A stretch of DNA of 59,765 nucleotides from Folioceros fuciformis (taxonomy: Eukaryota), in contig JBNGIO010005822.1 in NCBI GenBank assembly GCA_049999805.1, positions 1-59,765 on the forward strand, read 5' to 3'. Position 1 is the stretch's first letter. Each line of letters starts with the position of its first letter. The translations under genes were made by a program, and so were the position numbers. This document shows positions 49,806 through 59,765 of this stretch, piece after piece. The notes under the pieces were generated by a model. The model saw only the letters and a program-made list of their open reading frames with translations. It made no database searches and had not been told where the DNA came from.

Positions 49806-50610
49806 TGCTCCGCCTGCGCAGCGATCAAGATGAAGCGACTGCCAGGGCTCGGCGACCCGACATCGTCGACCGCTGCCTGCTACCCGCCCGTCCTAAAAAT
49901 ACATCGTCATCAAGTTACTTGTACCTCTTTCCACGCATGAAACGTTAAGGGTCCCAACGTAAACCCCGAAAACCCTTCCCACTCAAACCCCACTTTCCCT
50001 GTCTGGACTCCAGTACAGGGCCTGAGGGTAGTTCGTATGACCTCCCGCCCGATACAGTCTTCAACCCCCACCTAGCCATTTTGAGACGGACCTGTAACTT
50101 GCCGTGAAACGTCCTTCCCTAATACTACTCCCATCACTCTCTACACTGCTGATGACAATGTTTCAACACAAATGACAACCAGAAGCTCAATTAGTCTCTT
50201 ACTCATCACGCGAAGCTCCATGTCACATTTTTCCGAAATGCTCTTTTCGTGTTCAGAGAGTGCCATATCCACCAGAGAGTGACAACCAAACACCACCAAC
50301 AACCGCGAATGAGACAGTGACATCTGTCATCACTCAAACACCACCTTTACCATGAACTCCGCGGTCAGCTGCATTATCTGCAACTTGCCGCTGCAACTCC
50401 ATTATACACCTTAAAAGTTAGGACGAGGAATACATCAATTATAGTGGAAGAACAAATGCTTCCCACTGAAATGTGGCTCGCGGCTGACAAAAGGAGAAAG
50501 GACGACCTTTCATTCTCTGGAAATCCAGATATCGCGACAGCGAACCTCGCTGTCCTGACGGCTACCTACGCCGTTCCTACAGCGCCCCAATCTAAGCATG
50601 GTAAAAGAGT

Positions 50611-51344
50611 CTACTTCGGCTTGTGGACGATGAAGGCGACGCACTGAACCTGCCTCAAGTTGTCAAAACCCAGAGCACGGATGTAGCAGCCAGGGTACGC
50701 CTGTTTGCAGGCCTCGATTTCCCTCAACACGGTAGCCGAGTCGTTGCAGCCGAACATGGGAAGCTTCCACATTGTCCAGTACCGGCCATCGTAGTACCCG
50801 GGCTGGCCTGCCATGGTGCGGAGCTCACCGCTCTGCAACACAGAGCAAAATGACGGGCCGTCAGCAAGCCGCGACTCCCAAAACAGGCAAAACAAAACAG
50901 AAAACTCAGTCCACTTACCGGGTCGAACTCAAGGCAGGGGATCCATTTCTTCCGCAACATGTAGTCGATTTCCCTGGCGATCTGGTCGGAGGAGAGCGGG
51001 GGCAAGTACGAGAGGGTCTCGAACTTAGGGTTGTTGATCGGGTTCCACACCTGCATGGGCAAGAAGGCCAACGGTAAGACACAGCACATCGCAGTCAAAC
51101 ATCCACACCCAATCTTCCTTCCTAACAGCAGAGCAATGCAGGAACGCACCTGCATGCAGTTCACGCGGCTGCCATTGCTGACAGTCTTGGAGCTGAGGTC
51201 GGCGGTCCTGCCAGAGAAGACGGCGCCGGACTTGAGGCCGACGAAAGCCCTGACGGAGGAGGCCTCAGAGACGGAGCTGCTTGGGGAAGCAGCCGCGAAG
51301 GCAACCGGGGCCACGACAGCGGAGGAGGCCACCACCGAAGCCAT
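50611..51344 (-). CDS. RBCS: Rubisco small subunit (three exons)
   Basis: Transit peptide ending [14 protein letters not shown], then [37 protein letters not shown] and [10 protein letters not shown]. Confidence 0.98.
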
Positions 51345-51442
51345 GGCTGCCGTTTGAACGGTAGCAGAGGAGCGGAAGGCTTGCTACCAGTGAAGAAGGG
51401 CCGAGGGAGGACGCAATGGAAGGAGAGGGACGGGCCGCCCTG

Positions 51443-51503
51443 TTAAATAAGGGCAACGAGAGATCGTTCATGGCCACACGAAGAGTTGGCGGAGAAGGAT
51501 AAG
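51443..51503 (-). promoter_or_regulatory. RbcS proximal promoter with TATA-like, G-box-like and I-box elements
   Basis: On the gene strand TATTTAA (51443-51449) and CGTGTGGC (51473-51480); GATAAG I-box on the + strand at 51498-51503. Confidence 0.5.
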
Positions 51504-52255
51504 AAAAGGATCAATCTCGTGATTGCCTACAAGTGTCATTACCCCTCCCTTTGTTACATTAGCCGCAGATGCAAAACTAGGCGTTTGTGGCGCCTGAGGG
51601 CCCGCCACTAATCGATCGGGCGCCGTGACTGCACGGACACCAACAAGCGTTCCCGCGCACTTGGCCATACGCGACTTCTGGAAATTGGTTTTTTTTTCTC
51701 TTAAAAAATCAATCTCAAAACACCCTCAGGTATGCCCCAAACGTCTCAAAACGTCCCTAAGTGGTGGCGTGTAGCTTAGTTTAGATCAAACTTACTAGGG
51801 ATTTTAACTATTTGCAAATCATTCATCATTTACCAACAATAAAGTAAATATTGAACGTAATTTTTACTTCATCTATCAATCAATAGTATTTAATTCCCTC
51901 TATTTGTATAAGGGAAACAAGTTTGGTTTTGGTTTAATTTTTGCTTTTCCCACTTTGCTGTATACTTTATATCCATAGTTGATTAATATTATTTAATTAA
52001 ATTATTAATTATATAGAGGTTCTCCTGTTGTTCAAACTTCTCCATATGTACTTGACTACCAAATAATTTGGGGGAGCAATAATTATACTTACAAATATAT
52101 TTTCATCCTATAAATGGTACATAATCCAATCTAAATATGGAGAAGGGCAAACCTTAAATTTTATTTAATACTTTATGGAAGCATTAAAGTCCATAAGTAT
52201 TCTACCTTGCAAGGTGAGCATATTTTCACCTCCTTGGGAGCCATGGATAAGACAG

Positions 52256-52370
52256 TTCAAGATTCGTTGAAGAGTGCACCAAGGTTGGACAAGACATTTC
52301 AAGATTCATCGAAGAGTGCACCAAGGTTGAACAAGATATTTCAAGATTCATCGAAGAGTGCACCAAGGTT
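52256..52370. repeat. 42-bp tandem repeat, about 3 copies
   Basis: TTCAAGATTCATCGAAGAGTGCACCAAGGTTG.ACAAGA.AT. Confidence 0.9.
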
Positions 52371-52398
52371 TATCAGATTCATAAGAATAGTGTTTTCC

Positions 52399-52593
52399 TT
52401 CTTTCCTTTCTGGTTTTAGAATTTAGAGTTTAGAGTTAACCCTTAAACCCTAAACCATTTTTTCGATAATGCATATCCATTGCTTAAACCCTAAACTATT
52501 CTTTCCTTTCTGGATTTAGTATTTAGGGTTTAGGGTTAAACCCTAAATTCTTAAACCCTAAACCATTTTTCCGATAATGCATATCCATTGCTT
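52399..52593. repeat. About 100-bp duplication containing inverted plant telomere-type motifs
   Basis: TTTAGGGTTTAGGGTTAAACCCTAAA at 52522-52547, a degenerate copy at about 52415-52455, and further AAACCCTAAA units. Confidence 0.85.
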
Positions 52594-52792
52594 TGCAACA
52601 AGCAATGGCCAACAGTTGACAACGGAGGCCCACAGTCGACAAGAGGCCCACAGTTGACAACGGAGGCCGATAGTAGGCTTTTTGTTATTCTACATCATGA
52701 TACTTTGAGAGCATTAGGTAGTTTTTGAAAATGATGTTTGAAGGGGCTAGTATCTTTTCTTTTGGTCTCTTTTAGTCTTTACCCTGCTTGGG

Positions 52793-52970
52793 TTATTTCT
52801 TCAATCTATTTCAACTCTCCTCATATAGTTTCTTCAATCTACTTCAACTCTCCTCAAATTGTTTCTTCGATCTATTTCAACTCTGTTCAAATTATTTCTT
52901 AATATATTTCAATTCTACTTGGATTGTTTCTTCAATCTACTCCAACTCTCTTGGGTTGGTTCTTCAATCT
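52793..52970. repeat. 33-bp tandem repeat, about 5-6 copies
   Basis: Unit approximately GTTTCTTCAATCTATTTCAACTCTCCTCAAATT. Confidence 0.88.
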
Positions 52971-53350
52971 TTGGCATAGATGGAACTTTTCATCTTTTTT
53001 TTTTAATAATAAAATGCTAATTTTAATAATTTATTAATAAACTCCATGTTTAGTGTTAATTGTGCCAGCGTATGTAAAATGTATGTAGAGTGTTGGGCAC
53101 GAGATCTGCCATGCAGGCGTGCATGGGGAGGAACAGTAGATTTCTTTCATGTTGCAGGAGAAAGGAGATGTGAGGACTTTTTATACACTTTGTGCAAAGA
53201 CGGTCATCTTACGTGTCGAGATATACCAACCCGCCAATCCCAGAGCTCCTATCCTCGTGATGTGGCAGCTGCTGGATGATTTTCTGGAGCGCCTAGTAGT
53301 GTGGCAGACTTCACACAGGCATTTTCCGTCTGCTTCCTCCCGGTTTGGAG

Positions 53351-54015
53351 ATGGCGTCCACGGTCTTCTTCGGTGTTGCGGCTGGGGCGCCTCTTTCCGC
53401 TCAATCGCTTTCGTCCGTCTCTCGCTTGGCAGCTCACAGTCAGGCTCAGCCGGCTCGTCTGGGCTCGCTTCGCCTTCGGGCAGTGCCTGAGAAGGAGTAT
53501 GTAGCGTACGATGGGGACCAATCGTGAGTCGACCAGAGCCAGCCGAAACCTCTTCCGCCCGCATTGCGACAGAGTAGTGGAACCAGGATTGCGCGTGCGC
53601 GTGCACGTTGCGCGCTCGATTTCCCCCGTCGCTCACGACGCTCCCAATGCTTGTTTGGTGCAGAGTGTTCCCAGCTGAAGCGTGCGATGAATTGGGAGGA
53701 GAGCACTGCGACGTCGATGGTGTTGGAGCGGAGGTGAAACCCAAGCCGGGAGGGGCTGCGCCCGCTGGATCTCGATCGCACCTCAAGGTGAAACACCGGG
53801 AGTATCTCGACTACAGGAGGCAATCAAAAACGTAAGAATCACCGTTTTCGCGCTTTCTTACGACCGGCGAACGCGTATAGCCTGCCGTGTCTTGGAAGTC
53901 GGTAACACCGTGCGCTTGAACGTGCAGCGTTTTCCCAGGGGAGGCCTGTGACGAGCTTGGAGGGGAGTTCTGTGAGCCGGACTATCAAGCAGGAGTTTTC
54001 CAGGAGCGGAAATGA
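53351..54015 (+). CDS. LIR1: Light-regulated chloroplast protein LIR1 (three exons)
   Basis: Transit peptide, then two Lir1 repeats VFPAEACDELGGEHC and VFPGEACDELGGEFCEPDYQ. Confidence 0.92.
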
Positions 54016-54210
54016 TGCACGAACCCGGTCCGCACTGCTCTGTTCTTGCGGACGGTGCTGTAAAACACACCAACAGTTTGTACATAAGGGAAAATTGTTA
54101 AACCGTTTCGTAGTTAAACGTCCATGCGTGCACGGCATACACTTCAGTCCGCTAGAATCAACTCGCCGTGCTAAGGGCATCACCAACCCACTGCCGTTAC
54201 TCGTGAGCAC

Positions 54211-56469
54211 TCATGGACCGCCGTAGCCTGTCAGCTTCATCACTTTGGCAATCGTTGTTGCAATCTTCGGATTCTGTTGATACTTCGTTATGTTGGCCGG
54301 ATTCGCCATGACTGATTCACAAATCGGCGCACGGTAAATCACGCAAGTACATGCAGGGCAGCATGTCGAAACGAGGAAATCAGGAACGTGGGTGATCAGC
54401 GGCTAACCATCTTGCAACGCCGCCATGACCTCTTGGTCTTGAAAAGCAGCCATCAACTCCGGGTCCTGATGATGATAAAGGGAAAGAGCGGTCCGAATTA
54501 GTTAGAGACGGTAACAACAGACGCTAACACCCGCTCCCCTCCCCAAGGCCAGAGGCCAGAGGCTAGATTTTAACTACCTTCAGAAGTTTACTCATATCGA
54601 CACCCCCAGGAGTACTGGGCATTCCACCAAATCCCCCTGCCGTATTCGGAGCCCCGCCGAACGGAAACCCACCTGACCCTGCATTCTTTTCCTTCTTTGA
54701 TGCATTATATGCAGCCTGCACATCGGACACATCAGTAGACCGCCAAGCACATGGGCATCTATCATTCCAACATGACCCAACATCAGCTACCTGAGCCTGA
54801 GCCCGGCGTCTGTTCCTGATTTCTGCAGCCCGGGTCTCCTCCTTGTTCTTCCTCAGCCTCTCGTACTTTCTTCGATGCTCTTCCAGTGCATGCACATTCG
54901 GCTCCACCTGGTATCCAGCAGCAAATCCAGAGCCACTTTTGTTCAAACAATTTCTTTGCGTGGGACAAAAAAAAAAAAAAAAGAGCACAAGCCAGTTAGT
55001 TGTCCCTATAATAAACTGAACGGATAACATGGGAATCTCTGATCACCACACTACCTTTCTCAGCACCGCAGCTATCTCCTCGTCGTAGTCGAGCCTAGAG
55101 GCCACATGCAGATCTTTTGCAGCCTCTTCCCACTGGCCAAGAAGAGCTTTAGCCTCCCCTCTCCACTTGTACGCCTTCGCAGAGTCAGGATTGATCTGCA
55201 TCCACACCGTTTCAGCTGCTCCCTGTGTTCAATGCACTTGACAGCAGAGCAAAATGGTGTGTGTGCCTAGGGTGGCTGTTATTTCAAGCAACAAAGGGCC
55301 TGAACACTGCTTCGTCCATGCACATACAACCTTGCGGAACTTCCTGCATGCATGAAGAGGACTAGCTGGCAAGCCGTGCTGGTACCTTCAATGCTGCATC
55401 AGAGTCTCGGATAGCAGCATTAGGCTTCTTCATCTTCACAAAAATGCCAGCTGCATGAAAGGACCTACTATGTCAGCCAAGCTTTTGCGCGACCGAGTCC
55501 ACAATCAGCAGGCAGAGTACGACAAGGTGAACTTTGAACTTGCACACAACGCTGTTGTCACCTCGGTTCGCATACAGCAAAGCAGACGTCGGATTGGCGA
55601 TAACAGCTTCCGTAAGCTGTTTCACTGCTTCCTCGAGGTTGCCTGCAAACGTAGGTGACGCACACCACGATAAGAGAGTACTCCAATTAGATTCCTCGAA
55701 AGCAAGAGAAAATGACAGACAACCTTCAGCAAGGGCTTCCATAGCTTTGCCCTTCGCTATCTGCGCATTGTCTCTGGCCTCATCTGTGACTTCAATCGAG
55801 GGATCTCCCATCTGTGCACACGCTCCCAAAAAGGGTGACGAAAAGGAAAACGACGCTCCCAACCTCCACATTGCAACGCTGCAAGGTGATTGATCGCGAC
55901 TCCAAGGCAAGGCTAACCTTCTGGGGAGGATCGTCATCCGGTGGCACGACTCCAGAATCGTCCAACTCAACTTCGGACTCCGGCTCTTCCTCGCTGGCCT
56001 CATCCTCCCAGCCCTTGGAGGGGAAATGCTTGGCAGTGTCAAATTGCTCCTCAAGCTCAGGCATGTCATCGTCGCTCCCCTCCACGTCAGCGCTCTGCAA
56101 AGACGGAGCAGCGATGACGCCCGATAAGCCGCAAAATGCAACTTCAGACAAGAACAGGAGCATTCAGCAGGTCAAGGGACACTAGTGCCGCACCTTCGCC
56201 TTCTCCGTCTTCTCCGCCTTCCCGTATGCTGAAGCGGGCAGCTTCGCTCCAAGCCTGCACCAGCACACAGATCTTGAATACCGCTGCTCGCTCGGACAGC
56301 ACCGCTACCGCAGCTAGCGCGCCTAGCTGCGACAATTGGCAAACAGGATAAAGACTCACCGCTCCAGAAAATCGCGAAAGAAGTGGAGCGACGGATCCTG
56401 CAGCACCGCGGGATTGGCCTCCACCTGCTTCACAAACAGCTTCAACTGGGCGACCTTAGCAGCATCCAT
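54211..56469 (-). CDS. HIP: HSP70-interacting protein (HIP/ST13 family), multi-exon
   Basis: [13 protein letters not shown]...LHFFRDFL dimerisation domain, acidic linker, MGDPSIEVT, TPRs ([25 protein letters not shown]), Gly-rich segment, and STI1 ([10 protein letters not shown]...[14 protein letters not shown]). Confidence 0.92.
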
Positions 56470-56571
56470 GGTCTCCGGAGGACGCGCCCAGCCTCTTACC
56501 AGACGAACTTCCAAACAGCCGAGGGCACGGAAATTTAAATGTCAGTCTACCCTAGCGTAAAGGCCGCAGGC

Positions 56572-57660
<1,089 letters not shown>

Positions 57661-57964
57661 AAAAACTCTCCAGTGTTTCTGACAGTGGGCACAAGTTGCA
57701 CACACATCCTGGCGTATTGAGGTGGCTGGAGGTCAAGGTGTTTGATATCCTGACTAGTCCATGCCTAGACTAGGTCTTCTAGCCAAGGGAAATGTTAGTT
57801 AGTACCTATTGTTGGCCTGGCTGCAGGCGGCGGATCGTGAATCCGGAAAAGGAAAAGACGCCGGTCCCGTTTTAAGTGCAACCTCGGGCGTCTTTTTATC
57901 CCAGTCTGTTGTCTGCACTGTAAGGAAATATACGGAGGTAGCGAGCGGGAGCGGAATCCGGGCG

Positions 57965-58865
57965 ATGGCATCTTCCGATAGCGGCAAGACGTTGGAAGTG
58001 TCCTCAGTGGCGTTGAAGGAAGGTGAGCGCGTTATAGCAGCCACCCGGCGGCCAGACGGTAGCTTACGGAAGGCAGTGCGCATCCGCGCGGGGTACACCC
58101 CGCAGGAAGAAGTGGCCATCTACCAGTCTAAGGGCTCGCAGGTGCGTGCTCACGCAGGTCTGTTTGATCCTTTGCTGCTTCAGTCCTCACCTGCTTGCTT
58201 GATTGCGTGTTTTCTTCTGCGTGCAGTTTCGACATGGAGGGCCGCAACTTCCTCCAGGCTACGACCCGGCGGATGTGCCCAAGGCAAAAACGAAGGCTGC
58301 TAAGAAGAACGAAAAGAGAAAGGAGAAGAAGCAGCAGGTGCCGGCCTTCTGGCTTATGTGAGCCCGCCTCTTGCTTGCCTTGCAAGTCGGCTGTTTCGGA
58401 GTTGGTTAATTAGGTTTCTTTTGCTAACACTTTTGCTGCATTTCAGATCGCTGCTGAGGCAGTAGGGTCCAAGCACGAGCCTGCTGCTTCCCCTGCGGAG
58501 CATGAAGCCCTGATCGGCCAAATGCAGACTCTCGATGTCGGCCTCCCAGGCGCATCTACGGAGTCTACCCCGACTGTCGAGAAGCGACTGAGGGCGTTAA
58601 AGAAAAAAGTGAGTGCGTCCCGGCTGAAATGTCGAATGTCTCTTTTCCTGGCAAAATGGATACATACGTACATACAGTCGGACTATATGAACGTCTGTGT
58701 GTCTCTGTGGCTGGGCTGGATCAGATGCGTCTAGCTGCTTCGTTGGAGGAGTTGGATGCTAGTGCGTTGAGCCAGGAGCAGATGGAGAAAGTGCGCAAGC
58801 TGCAGGAATGGCGGCGAGAGTTGCAAGACTTGGAGAGATCGTTGGAGCCTCCCAGAATGACGTGA
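57965..58865 (+). CDS. PYM: Partner of Y14 and Mago (PYM/WIBG)
   Basis: GERVIAATRRPDGSLRKAVRIRAGYTPQEEVAIYQ, EKRLRALKKK and LSQEQMEKV. Confidence 0.92.
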
Positions 58866-58997
58866 ATGTGCAGGTGGTGATGTTTGCTGACGTCTGCGAT
58901 ACGAGTTCAAACGCCACAGCAAACATACCAGCAGCACCGTTTCATGTAAAATCCATCCTCACCGTTGCAGATGACAGCGGAGGAGGGGGGTGTTCTG

Positions 58998-59765
58998 TCA
59001 ACTCAAAACATTGGTAAGGAGAGTGAGGAGTTTCGTCCGGCCGTCCACAACCTCATCAAAGAGGTCGTTGACATGCCATTCCAAAGAATCGAGACAGGAG
59101 TGTAATGCGGCCGAGTTGTCCTTCACCTGCTGCACAGCCAGTATGAGCTTCTCCGTATCGGAGGGGGCCAGCACAGACGGCCCGCGGGAGAGCGGCTGCA
59201 GCTGAATAATGAGCGCCATGGTGCAGTGGTGTAGCACTTCGAAGTCGTGGAAGAAGGTAAGGAAAGGGCGCTTAGATCGCACCTTGCGATCCATCTCCTC
59301 GTTCACCAGCTCGCTGAGTCGCTGCAGCGACAGACACCAAGCGGACTTGAGGGACACGGCCTGCACGGCAAACGGCGGCCTGTCCCCAGCGTATACCAGC
59401 ACCCAGAGCAGCAGACGTCCCAGAAAAGCATTCACGTTCTTGACGGCAAACATGACGCCCCAAAAGCCCCCCCAGCGGCCGCACTTGTGGTCCACACGCT
59501 TCTCGTTCAGGCTGAGTAGCAGCTTCCCGTCGGCCTCGATCTTGGTGTCCAGCAAGTTGCGGTGCTCGGCCGCAAGCCGCATAGCCTCGTCCTTGCAGGC
59601 ATTTAGGGCATGGAGACAGCGGAGGCACTGACTCTTGAGGTTGGCGGTGTCCAGCGCCCGTACCCCGACCTCCGCCAGCATGTGGTACTGATCCAAGCCC
59701 GCGATCCCAGCCTTGAGAACATTGCACACCTCCAGCAACTTCACCGTCTCCTCCATGTAGCTCTC
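58998..59765 (-). CDS. DUF793/BYPASS1-like protein, 5' end beyond the window
   Basis: ESYMEETVKLLEVCNVLK and VNDLFDEVVDGRTKLL motifs; the frame stays open to the window edge. Confidence 0.8.
   Translation of the reverse strand, partial: ESYMEETVKLLEVCNVLKAGIAGLDQYHMLAEVGVRALDTANLKSQCLRCLHALNACKDEAMRLAAEHRNLLDTKIEADGKLLLSLNEKRVDHKCGRWGGFWGVMFAVKNVNAFLGRLLLWVLVYAGDRPPFAVQAVSLKSAWCLSLQRLSELVNEEMDRKVRSKRPFLTFFHDFEVLHHCTMALIIQLQPLSRGPSVLAPSDTEKLILAVQQVKDNSAALHSCLDSLEWHVNDLFDEVVDGRTKLLTLLTNVLS

Larger units (their letters stand above)
51690..53080. mobile_element. AT-rich island, probable non-autonomous element with several tandem arrays
   Basis: Low GC; contains 42-bp, about 100-bp, about 19-bp and 33-bp arrays and telomere motifs; shares sequence with 18688-18792. 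Confidence 0.5.

Overview
Gene-dense land-plant nuclear DNA: about 50% GC, most introns about 70-150 bp, and intergenic gaps often under 200 bp. The compact architecture and a PLS-class PPR with a 'PGQSWW' box suggest a seed-free plant, most likely a hornwort (inference, not proven). Recognisable genes in order: SGT-like TPR co-chaperone (+), Trm3/TARBP1-like SpoU methyltransferase (+), PLS-E+ PPR (+), an unrecognised six-exon gene (+), starch synthase III (-), DBP5/LOS4 helicase (-), flavin oxidoreductase (+), CFM2-like CRM protein (+), DHNA-CoA thioesterase (-), GCN2 (+), FKBP17-1 (+), SUN protein (-), RbcS (-), LIR1 (+), HIP (-), HINT2 (+), PYM (+) and a partial DUF793/BPS1-like gene (-). 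Two AT-rich islands (about 17.3-20.3 kb and 51.7-53.1 kb) carry tandem arrays and share a dispersed element. The most notable observations are the phase-consistent orphan gene, an acidic Pro-rich 10-aa repeat in SS3, a structured 365-bp duplication in an oversized SS3 intron, a stop-start overlapping uORF on GCN2, and a WW-type PPR lacking its deaminase. I cannot demonstrate a complete novel system from sequence alone. Gene spans are start to stop including introns, and exon boundaries were inferred by eye.
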